Source: a virus. Taken from it: a stretch of 64,000 bases of DNA. The notes beneath the pieces are model-generated. The model was not told where the DNA came from. It was given only the letters and a program-made list of their open reading frames with translations, and did not search any database. Positions within the stretch are counted from its first letter, which is position 1. Each line of letters opens with the position of its first letter. Of this stretch, positions 19,101 through 26,512 are shown in pieces. A program made the translations under genes and the position numbers. The stretch lies in the IMG/VR virus record IMGVR_UViG_3300030104_003441, positions 2,903 to 66,902 of that record; one strand, written 5' to 3'.

Positions 19101-22100
19101 CTACTTGGCTCAGCTATAACATCTTGCAAATGCTCAAGCACTTTTAAACTATTCTTACCTCTGTTAATGCTTTCAATATAGTTACCAAAGAACTCTACTA
19201 TGTCTGCCTCCTTTGTAAAATTATATTCTTGGTTTAATTCTTTTCCTACAGTTTTCTTAACTAAATCTCTAAGTTCACCAAACGCATTTGCTTTTCTTAA
19301 ATCTCTTAAGTTTTCTGGCTTAGATAAATGCTCAGCTATATGGCTAAATAGCTCCCAGTCTTTTGCTCTAGCGGCTTCCCATGGTGTTTTTTCTACATCA
19401 AACTGACGGTTCTGCTCTACTATCTGATCGTAAAGATTTTCAAAAAGCGGTACGTTTCCATCTGGATCTACACCAAGTTTAATTTTTTTAGCCACACCCA
19501 TAAGTTGTTGCACAAAATCGCTTTTAAATCTAGCATTAGTACCAAATAGTATCTCCATACCTGAGTGACCTAGCTCGTGCGGAGCATACCCTTCTGCAAA
19601 TTCTGCCACGTTATATCTTACTACTACTGTCGAGCCTTTAACTTTTTTACCCATTAAGCCGACGTCCATTACATTACCGTCTTTGTCTTTATAGTAAACC
19701 TCTGCGTTTCTTTTCTCCATGGGTTTCATCAAGATCTCGTAGTTAGCAGCGCCTGATCCACTAGGCTTTTTATTAACCTCTCTTACCTTACCAGTTCTTT
19801 TATCTCGTATTACATACGTGTCAGGGCTACCATATTCTACTTCAACGTTAGCGCCTTTTTCTTTATAGTGCTTAACTTGCTCTAAAGTTCTAGTCTTTAA
19901 TCTTGAAGCGCCTATAGTTCTATCCATTAAATCTAAACCGTCTTCGCTTCTTCTTAATTGGCTAGCTAGGCTTTGAATCAACTGCGAGTAGTCTGCAAAA
20001 TATTCCTTAGTCATAGGCTTTCCGTCCTTTGTCTTCGTACGGTATGCCCTCATTCCAGGCCTTGCGACTATTACAAAGTCTTTTGTTTGGTAGTTCTTTT
20101 TACTAGCAACTTCAAAGTCTTTACCAGTTTTTTTGTTGAAGATAACGTAGTTGTCTCGTGTTTCAAAGATAGCGTCTTCTGCTTCTTTTTTAGCTTCTCT
20201 TAAACTTTCTATTGTACCGGCTTTTTTATAAGCAGCTTTGTGCGTAAAACCAAAAGCGGTACCCATAGCCCAGTTGTTAGCCCAGCGTTGTAAGTTACTT
20301 GATCCATCGCCATAATGCTCTTCTATCATGCCGCTAAACTCTTCGTAACCCATTAAGTCGTCGGTTAACATAAGTCCAAGCTCTCCAACCTCACTACCAA
20401 CCGTGAAGCTTAGAGGTCCTTTAAATGCTAAGTTATATATTTTTTCTAGCCTTGGAGCGTTGTTAGCCATCATAGCACCAAATCTAGTTTTTTGAAAGGC
20501 TGGACTAAACGTGCTCGCGTTTATAGTGCCTAGCATCGGTGATAAAATCTGTGTTGCACCACCAAAGCCAAAACCAGTAGCAAACGACTCTAGTCTTGCG
20601 CCTGAAGAAGAAGGTAAAGAAGCAAACTTTGCACCTTCAATAGTAGACTCAGTTAGAAAAACTCCAACTTTAGAAGCTAAGCTAGCGCCTTTAGTTGCCT
20701 CATAACCACCCTGAGCTAAATACACTGATAAAGGTAATTTAGCGTTGTTTGCCGCTGCTGTTGCTTGAGCTACCGTTAAAGCTTGTTTTCCGTTCCAATA
20801 TCTCTTAGCTTTATGCGCTTTGAGTATCATGTCTAAGCTTTTAGTACCACCAGCAAAAATTTTAGCTGTTCTTAACGAAGCTGTAGCCTTGTTTGCTATG
20901 GCAAACTCAACAAGTATACCTGCGCTAGAAGCAAGTCCCTCACCAAATTGTTCTCCAAAACTTCGATCAATGTAAGCTTTTTGATCTCCTCTAATTTCAA
21001 TACCAGCGTTACTTAAAGTAGTAGTGTACTCGTCTATAACTTCTCTTTCTGTATAGTTGCCATAACCAAAAGCCGCGCCTTCAGGATTAAACGCTTGCCC
21101 TATACTATCTATAAAAGGCAAGCTCATAATAGCTAATTTTGCATAGTTTTGAGCGTTATTCTTTTCTATAGATATAACATCTTCATTTAAAAGATATATT
21201 CTTTTTAATGCCTCTTGTTGTATTTTAAGGTCTCGCATTTGCTGCCTTAATATATTTCTTTCTGCAACTCCATCTGCGTCAAAAACGTGATGAAAGTTTG
21301 ATACACCTCCGCTTGTCTCCATTCCAAGTGGGTTTGTACCGCTTTTCATAAAGGATTCCTCACTATCCATCTTGTTGGACAAAATCAACGCCTCGCGCAG
21401 AGTCATATCTTTATTAGTTGTACCAACTTGTGTAGACTCACCAGTCGCAAAGTTTGACTCAAAATAAATATCTGGTCGATAAAACTCAAAACTTTGAACT
21501 TCGTTTAACTTTGCGTTTAAAACAGCTAGAGCCTTAGCATTTTTTTCATAAGCCTCTCTAGCCATATCTCTTGGCGTTAAGTTTGTATTACTTGCAAACT
21601 CTGCTCTTAATTCATTTTCTTGCTGCTGTATTTCCCCACTAACGTCTTCAGTATTTTCAGTAACAAACGGGTTGTCTTTACCAACTGGTCTAATTAATTG
21701 CCCTGTAGTTAAATCAAATAGCATCTCATATTCCCCACCTTCTTCTCTAACTTTCTGTATGATCTGGTCTCTTCTGCTTATATAAGATTGAATCTCAGCA
21801 TAACGCAGGTTTTCTTGATTATCTAATTGGTAGTTAATACTAGCTAACTCTCTCATCAAAGGATCTTCAATAGTATTAATCTGAGAAGCCGTGTATGTTT
21901 TAAAGAATTGTTCTGCGTCTTTTATGCTTACGGTTTTTCCTTCTTTAGCTTGATAACCACGCACAATTCCACCTGGCCTATTCCCCACTCCTCTGTCTAA
22001 AGTTGGATCATACTCACCAACAGCCATGCCAGGAACAAGCGTAGTAAGCGTTATGTCTCCCTGTAGTAATCTTTCATCAAAGCCAGCCGCTAAATTGTCT

Positions 22101-23719
22101 AAACCTTTGTTCTTGTAACCCTCAATTTCGGCGTGATACCTTTCTTTAATAATGTGATCTATATCTGAATCAGTTAAAGCAGGGTAAGCTTTTCTAACTT
22201 TTTGACCAAACAACGTCCAAGCATCTTCAGTACCTAAACGACCCTTTACTTCTTTAAGAGCATCGTCTATTGTAATAATTCCGGCTCTTATATCTTCAAC
22301 GCGTTTTGGATCGTCCATAAAAGCATGGAAACCGCTTCCGCCTTCTCCAAAATAATTGTCTAGCCAAGTTCTTGAAAAAGATTCTTTTTGCTCTACCCAC
22401 TCCTCTCCTTTTTCATCGGTTAAAGTAGGGTCTTCCTCTAAAAACGTAAGTAACTCTTTAGTAAATTCTGTGCTACTTCTAAGATTAAAATTCTTCGATA
22501 CACCATGAGAATTAGTTATAGTTATGTTATTAACACTAAGATACCTACCACTGCCATCAGAGTCTTCTCCAATACCTTCTTCTACTATGTAATCATTAGG
22601 AAGATACGTTGTAAGCTCCTTTGCAATCTTCTCTTCAGACCACCAACCACCAATATTTGTGTTAATAATTTCAGTTACAACTTCTCTAGCTTTTGTCTTT
22701 TCTTTTGTAGCTACAGCTTTTTGATATACTTTAAGAGCTTCGTTATACGGCTCTACAACCTCTTGATTATACAACTCCTCTACCTTATTAGACCACTGCT
22801 CTTGCATGTCCTCTTGCGCCTTTTGAATCTCTTCGGCTGTTGCGTTGGGTGATATTACAGATGTATCAAGTTCGATTTTATTTAATCGATCACGGTTTTC
22901 AGTATACCAATTGTTGATACCCTGCATTTCAGGTTTTTCAGCGTTGTTAGCTCTAACAAGATTTTCTTCAGAACTATAACCTTGCTCTTGGCCTTGTCTC
23001 ATTTGAGCCAAAAGAGCCTCTTTTTCTTTATCTTCTTCTGACAGCTCTTCTTCTACCGGCTCCTCTCCATACATCATTAAATCCGTAATCCTCTGCTCTT
23101 CTTCAGATATTGCGTCCGGCGTAGGGCCACTTAAACGTTTATCTTCTGCTTCGCGCAAAAGCTTCCCCAGCTCCTCCATTCTTTGATGTTCAGGACTAGA
23201 TGTGTCTATACCAAACGAAGCGAATAAACCATACGGGTCGTTTTCATTTGTATACTCAGGAGTTTGCGGGGTTGTTGGCTCTGGTACATCTAGGCTTAAG
23301 TTAAGTAATGATTGATCAAAATCAATAACCCCAGTAGTGTCTGGCATATCGTAGGAAACCTCAGGCATCTGTATGTTTTGTGAAACATCAAAAGTACTCT
23401 TTACCTGCGTTCCAAAAAGCCCTGTCGTTGCGCCGTCTTCTTCAGTTGCACTAGAGCGAGTAACACCTACGTTAAGCACAGTGCTACCTATATTACGCTG
23501 TCCTGCGTTACGTTGTGAAGTAGGTTGTGATTCAGGTAAACCAATAGAATAATCTCTTTGGAAATCACTAAAACTATTAGTATACAAATTGCTTTGTACA
23601 GCAAGTTTATTGTATAGTTCTCTAGCACCTTCTGGTGAACCATAGTCTATTTTAAACTGCTCAAACGAGTTGGTGTAAAGCTCTTGTTGAAATAACTTTG
23701 TATATAATTCTTGCATCAA
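13157..23719 (-). CDS. 3520-aa polyvalent virion/ejection protein (HExxH metallopeptidase, sigma-like segment, HAD phosphatase, C-terminal Cys/His knuckles)
   Basis: APHELGH (aa ~1381); DFDETL/LTAR/FVDD HAD motifs (aa ~2576 onward); two CxxxxxxGxxC...CxxH repeats; follows the ejection-protein genes. Confidence 0.75.
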   Translation of the reverse strand: MMQELYTKLFQQELYTNSFEQFKIDYGSPEGARELYNKLAVQSNLYTNSFSDFQRDYSIGLPESQPTSQRNAGQRNIGSTVLNVGVTRSSATEEDGATTGLFGTQVKSTFDVSQNIQMPEVSYDMPDTTGVIDFDQSLLNLSLDVPEPTTPQTPEYTNENDPYGLFASFGIDTSSPEHQRMEELGKLLREAEDKRLSGPTPDAISEEEQRITDLMMYGEEPVEEELSEEDKEKEALLAQMRQGQEQGYSSEENLVRANNAEKPEMQGINNWYTENRDRLNKIELDTSVISPNATAEEIQKAQEDMQEQWSNKVEELYNQEVVEPYNEALKVYQKAVATKEKTKAREVVTEIINTNIGGWWSEEKIAKELTTYLPNDYIVEEGIGEDSDGSGRYLSVNNITITNSHGVSKNFNLRSSTEFTKELLTFLEEDPTLTDEKGEEWVEQKESFSRTWLDNYFGEGGSGFHAFMDDPKRVEDIRAGIITIDDALKEVKGRLGTEDAWTLFGQKVRKAYPALTDSDIDHIIKERYHAEIEGYKNKGLDNLAAGFDERLLQGDITLTTLVPGMAVGEYDPTLDRGVGNRPGGIVRGYQAKEGKTVSIKDAEQFFKTYTASQINTIEDPLMRELASINYQLDNQENLRYAEIQSYISRRDQIIQKVREEGGEYEMLFDLTTGQLIRPVGKDNPFVTENTEDVSGEIQQQENELRAEFASNTNLTPRDMAREAYEKNAKALAVLNAKLNEVQSFEFYRPDIYFESNFATGESTQVGTTNKDMTLREALILSNKMDSEESFMKSGTNPLGMETSGGVSNFHHVFDADGVAERNILRQQMRDLKIQQEALKRIYLLNEDVISIEKNNAQNYAKLAIMSLPFIDSIGQAFNPEGAAFGYGNYTEREVIDEYTTTLSNAGIEIRGDQKAYIDRSFGEQFGEGLASSAGILVEFAIANKATASLRTAKIFAGGTKSLDMILKAHKAKRYWNGKQALTVAQATAAANNAKLPLSVYLAQGGYEATKGASLASKVGVFLTESTIEGAKFASLPSSSGARLESFATGFGFGGATQILSPMLGTINASTFSPAFQKTRFGAMMANNAPRLEKIYNLAFKGPLSFTVGSEVGELGLMLTDDLMGYEEFSGMIEEHYGDGSSNLQRWANNWAMGTAFGFTHKAAYKKAGTIESLREAKKEAEDAIFETRDNYVIFNKKTGKDFEVASKKNYQTKDFVIVARPGMRAYRTKTKDGKPMTKEYFADYSQLIQSLASQLRRSEDGLDLMDRTIGASRLKTRTLEQVKHYKEKGANVEVEYGSPDTYVIRDKRTGKVREVNKKPSGSGAANYEILMKPMEKRNAEVYYKDKDGNVMDVGLMGKKVKGSTVVVRYNVAEFAEGYAPHELGHSGMEILFGTNARFKSDFVQQLMGVAKKIKLGVDPDGNVPLFENLYDQIVEQNRQFDVEKTPWEAARAKDWELFSHIAEHLSKPENLRDLRKANAFGELRDLVKKTVGKELNQEYNFTKEADIVEFFGNYIESINRGKNSLKVLEHLQDVIAEPSSPEAREMERLYNEQGIHFTETSRLASESKRRRDLIKDNVDLFKNKPEGYEAKMQENIQAIRSIDDLLVIDRPAQNESDNARKERINRIHAGHKDIMFSKDLVGRDAQRQGEAIDAIISSYRGKTIAVAKSQGRFETPTFENMSKSEREDFAWDITRPELLKHLDAFNRKFRETDGKEGIENDDLDAYLNSYIVNKLGTALKRPGIEKTEFTGTTTDLKPGQEPVYTPSEMKLNNKTDARLRIDIRERLTDNAPEGRESQIKKGIKEHGKFVKDYIETTSDIPTSYRDLKNIKTPKEIVDKVFGKNTAERIETIGRTLDIAKKSALPEGTLSTRTGNVELEGKAIGVANTLQTINIAKKGQPANYKEVLYGTPKRIAEFTSKETGRLTAEADPTGQGNTPKELLKLSKAETLKRLGIKEVELGGGEVRYDIDNTLAKEYASEPGSKNEKAIARNIEGIRKNYMEEVVRGMTYQAAMENLPAVSQKLGIATEILANQISAGKARLASSRLELKDFTEQMEFLDQIESKEFKDLYEKAVTDGEEKAFEHAMITHFANNPIENISKADIKKIATQLEAQFTFTTMTPKRAIEASMKAIAYPKSLQSIEAKYGFEALETKNLYDSIEGIREGQAAFTMEGGIIETLTRVKGKGAFEALIKEGISKGAGLGTYRSHREYEVRNKRTGKVTTTNKKPSKSEIENPENPLEILSVTLIKTAEQNMIEGNTEFRSDNRFALFETAAKAQEAADGVYARLESEGVKLKDYEGSSRADSDGVGKKNKVLEGVTGKDGLWDLEARDKFDNIGEENKKALFDGKGKSSVIETIKDMYTNGDITYRQVRQIVEGQGGPMEGLIKKSASLAVLPEMSRADIEAKYGKNWVLEHTTPAQNVKARIYDYILSKGAAPQAKALELTLRDYHTTLIPESLDTMVNKILKTDLPSFHVPGMDPIESRYYMANHKSPFDLSLVNYRNGKVYSKTGLSVAEVSKRGAMLRESYAEMISPRLAEKNLEPTRMLEQMENMKKAVANSRNPRAKKKGMSTFDFDETLIVDGENFVVATKDGKRVEISSEQWPIEGPKYAEQGYEFDFSDFANVRGGADGPLLQKMKNQISKYGSNNVFVLTARQQASAEPIHSWLRSKGIDIPLENITGLGKSEGAAKAQWMLEKFAEGYNDMYFVDDALPNVEAVKEVLGQLDIKSNVQQARRLASQDMNLEFNKMIERKTGIGYEKIFSGAKGKMLGKRRYTQSIVVPGAQDFMGLMQNFMGKGKRGDADRAFFEENLVKPFARANREMNESRQRASEDLKALYKDIPSVKRKLNKRLPGSAFTFDQAIRTYLWEKNGFDIPELSMRDLKSMTDVINKDVDLRNFAEQLNMIGKGTWVEPSANWIGETIVSDLFNLNNKARRAEYLEEWQQNIDTIFTPTNLNKIEATQGSKFREALEDSLYRMRTGSNRPTGANRLTNQFNNWINGSVGATMFLNMRSAMLQTISATNYINWSFNNPVAAAKAFGNQKQYWKDFSMLWNSPMLKQRRAGLEYNVQEAELAAAMAGQKNPAKAAVAWLIKKGFTPTQIADSFAICAGGSTYYRNKIRELVKQGKTKQQAEEQAFLEFQELTETNQQSSRADLISQQQASGLGRTILAWSNTPMQYMRIQEKAARDIVNGRGDLKTNMSKIAYYGVIQSAIFSALQNALFRFGLEEEDENNEADNKDLSASIDRTVNTVIDSQLRGTGVLGAALSAIRNTVLEFEKQEAKAYDDSFLSSPDHSRTVLQLTSFSPVISSKLRKLYSAGNEWNYNREAISEMGFDIDNPAIHAGANVIEALSNLPVARLVQKVDNIQGMLDNNNETWQRVALLMGYPKWQLGIEDTEVEEAKQRGRDKIKAIKDAEREIEKQQKEIVKADEELAEVEDNMLDQDEEREQGAEEVQCAAVSRSGKRCSNMALPGENFCTIHQQVAQQEDEVQCSHIKKDGKQCKMKTKNKSGKCYYHD

Positions 23720-24915
23720 TCTTGCTTGTTAAGTGATCCAGGTCCTAATCTGTCTTTCGCAGCCGATGTTGATCTATTGTCATCAAAAGTACTATTAACG
23801 TTAGTTGTTACATAGCCCATAACAATCTTTCTGAAAAGCTCAACGTCTTTTTGAATCATATTAATAACCTTATTCCTATCCTCACCTTTAAGGGACACAA
23901 TTAAGGCTTTATCTTCAGCATCGATATTGCCATCGTTATTAACATCAAACGGAGGTAATTGATCTTTAGCTGTACCAATTAAAATATCTGTAAACAAAGC
24001 GTCTGACTCCTGCAATATCTGTCTAAAGCTTTTGCCGTTGTTCATAAACACAGCTCCGCTATTCATCATTCTATCAGCGTTATTATCATTAATGTTTGTG
24101 TTGACCCAGTCGCTAGCTTCGTTAATTAACTCTTTACGCTTGTATGTAACAACAGGGTAATCCTCGCCGGCCGCGTTTTCTGGTGCCTCAGGCATGATCG
24201 AAGCTGTTGCGGAAGTACGCTTCATAAGGTCTCCAAATGCTTTAGCTTCATTAGCTGGTTTAGTAGCCATTTTAATAAACTCAGTTACATCTTTTTTATA
24301 TATCTGCTGTGGTGGATCGCCATACTCAAAGTACGCTTCATTATCGTCATCGTACATTAACGTAGTGTTTTTTTGGCTTATTAACTCCCTCATATTGTTG
24401 AGCATCTCAGTGCCTCCCGGTATATTTTCTAGCATTTCTAAATCAAGACCAGTAGGCATAGCGTTTCCGTCAGCGCCTACAGGGTTCATTACGTCTTCTA
24501 GTATAGCAACTTGCTCTTTCATACCTTGTATGGACGCGTTACGCTCACCCATTTCCTTAAGCATAGTCTCTTGCGTTTTTTTATCTGCGGCTAAAAACGC
24601 TTCGCGTTGATCTGTTTCAAAAGCTTTAGCTTGGTCAAACGTGCTAGTTGAATAAGCACTTTGCCTAGAACCAAGGTTGTCTATGGCATCGTTAAAGCTT
24701 TCTACAGCTAACTCATGCCTTTCTTCTTCTGCTTGTCTAGCTTCTTCTGCCGCTGCCAACCCGGCTCCTACTTGCTGACCTGCTGCTGTAAGAGCGTCGC
24801 CGGCCATAAAGTCTCCTTCTTTACGCTGCCCAGCCTCGGCCGCGCCTTTTATACGATCTAACGTGTCTGCACGTAGTCTATAATCTAGTGATCTGCTTGC
24901 TGCTTCTTTTGACAT
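23716..24915 (-). CDS. putative internal virion (ejection) protein
   Basis: Helical Ala/Glu-rich N-terminus; EF-hand-like DVNNDGNIDAED; position before the giant protein. Confidence 0.55.
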   Translation of the reverse strand: MSKEAASRSLDYRLRADTLDRIKGAAEAGQRKEGDFMAGDALTAAGQQVGAGLAAAEEARQAEEERHELAVESFNDAIDNLGSRQSAYSTSTFDQAKAFETDQREAFLAADKKTQETMLKEMGERNASIQGMKEQVAILEDVMNPVGADGNAMPTGLDLEMLENIPGGTEMLNNMRELISQKNTTLMYDDDNEAYFEYGDPPQQIYKKDVTEFIKMATKPANEAKAFGDLMKRTSATASIMPEAPENAAGEDYPVVTYKRKELINEASDWVNTNINDNNADRMMNSGAVFMNNGKSFRQILQESDALFTDILIGTAKDQLPPFDVNNDGNIDAEDKALIVSLKGEDRNKVINMIQKDVELFRKIVMGYVTTNVNSTFDDNRSTSAAKDRLGPGSLNKQD

Positions 24916-25622
24916 TAGTTTTCTTCTTCTTCTTTGTTTTCAATACCTGCCATGGCTTCACCTGCTGCTTGGAAAGCTTTTTTCGCCGCGTCGTCTTTAG
25001 CTAACTTAGATATACCACCCATAGCCGCGGTGCCTAAACCTGTTACACCTGCCTGTATACCTTGCATCTTCTGTTGCTCAGCTAATCTTTGATTTTCTCT
25101 TTGCACAGCGAGTTCGTCAGCTGACATACCCATCAGAGATTCTATCTTACCCATCTCAGCTTGTCTAGATATAAGTTCACCTTCACGCTCAAGGCTAGCA
25201 AGTTTAGATGTTTCATCAGCTGCTCTCTGCTGGTTAGATGCTTCTTGTGCGCCAATTGATGCTGATGCTTTCTGTGCGTCTAATGAACCTTGATTAGCTA
25301 ACGTTTGAGCTAACGCAGCAATACCAGATCCACCAGCAGCGCCTCTCATGCCTTGCATTAGATTAGCTTGTTGCTGCATCTGTTGTTGCTTCATAAACTC
25401 AGCCTCTTGCTGATTTACTGTAAGATCCTCGTATGCGTTTTCTATATTAAGATAAGGATTACTTGTGTCTAATCCTTTAAACATTTCCTTCTGCGCGTCT
25501 AAATCTGCTGCCGCTTTTTTAGCCGCCTCTGCTGCTGCTTTAGATCTTTTAGCACCATCAATAGCCTTAATAGTACCGCCAATAGCTGATACAGCGCCTG
25601 TTACTACTAATGCAAAACTCAT
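24915..25622 (-). CDS. putative DNA ejection/pilot protein
   Basis: Gly/Ala-rich hydrophobic ends and Gln-rich coiled coil, typical of podovirus internal proteins. Confidence 0.6.
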   Translation of the reverse strand: MSFALVVTGAVSAIGGTIKAIDGAKRSKAAAEAAKKAAADLDAQKEMFKGLDTSNPYLNIENAYEDLTVNQQEAEFMKQQQMQQQANLMQGMRGAAGGSGIAALAQTLANQGSLDAQKASASIGAQEASNQQRAADETSKLASLEREGELISRQAEMGKIESLMGMSADELAVQRENQRLAEQQKMQGIQAGVTGLGTAAMGGISKLAKDDAAKKAFQAAGEAMAGIENKEEEEN

Positions 25623-25625
25623 GAT

Positions 25626-26099
25626 CTATTTATTTTTAATGTATTCATCGTATTGTTTATAATCTACAGACACCGTCTCTCGTTCAATCTCGTCTATGTT
25701 AGTTGTGTTTGTAGGATTTTTATGGGTATTATACCACACTGAATTTTCGTGCGCATAGAGAACGCGTTTAATACCTGGCGTAGCTATTATATGACAAGGA
25801 GCTACGTAATCTTTTCTACCTTTTTCATCTGCAACTGATACGTGGCCTTCAGTTAGAAAACACATGTGTAAATGTTTATGTATTGCGCCTACCACTGCCG
25901 AGTCTTTACGCATTGTCATCTTACGTATATACACACCTTCCATAAAAAAGTGTTCTATCGGTAGTACTTGACTATCAGTAACTATAGGCTTATCCTTAGT
26001 ACCTTTTATAATATTTTCTCCGTCTGCTAATTCAAACAGATCTTGTTCGAGTTGTGTTACTGCTTTTCTAAAGCTTTTTTGTAACTTGTTATCAGTCAT
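25626..26099 (-). CDS. cupin-fold protein
   Basis: HFFMEGVYIR...GAIHKHLHMCFLTEG...PGIKR pattern. Confidence 0.6.
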   Translation of the reverse strand: MTDNKLQKSFRKAVTQLEQDLFELADGENIIKGTKDKPIVTDSQVLPIEHFFMEGVYIRKMTMRKDSAVVGAIHKHLHMCFLTEGHVSVADEKGRKDYVAPCHIIATPGIKRVLYAHENSVWYNTHKNPTNTTNIDEIERETVSVDYKQYDEYIKNK

Positions 26100-26124
26100 T
26101 AAATTTAATTAAAGTATACTGATA

Positions 26125-26153
26125 TATAGTTACACTTATTAGTGTTTATTTAC
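26125..26153 (-). promoter_or_regulatory. class B (middle/late) promoter motif
   Basis: Minus strand GTAA-N14-GTGTAACTATA upstream of the cupin and ejection genes. Confidence 0.65.
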
Positions 26154-26511
26154 TACTTTCAAAAGCATCCATGCCTATAGAGAACAGCTCTGCTTCAGTT
26201 GTAGAGTTGTTTACAAACTTAACGCTAGCATAGTATCCTAATATAGAGCTTAAATTAGCCTTGTTATCTTTGCTAAACAATACGAACTTAGTAGTGCTGT
26301 TTAAAGCGCCTGGTAATATTGTATCGCATATAACTGCTGGAGTAGATGACTGAGCATCATTTATCTGTCTTATCTGTCCTATTTCTACAACAGATCCACT
26401 GTTTTTTGTAAAACCACCGTCAGCTGAAGTATCTACGTAGTACGCAGTATCTCCAACTTGACACGAAGAGTTTAATGGCGCAGAAAACGTTAGAGTTAAA
26501 GAGTAAGGCAT
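26146..26511 (-). CDS. small tail-associated protein
   Basis: In tail cluster; FSKDNKANLSSILGYYA..F...AELFSI. Confidence 0.5.
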   Translation of the reverse strand: MPYSLTLTFSAPLNSSCQVGDTAYYVDTSADGGFTKNSGSVVEIGQIRQINDAQSSTPAVICDTILPGALNSTTKFVLFSKDNKANLSSILGYYASVKFVNNSTTEAELFSIGMDAFESSK

Positions 26512-26512
26512 G

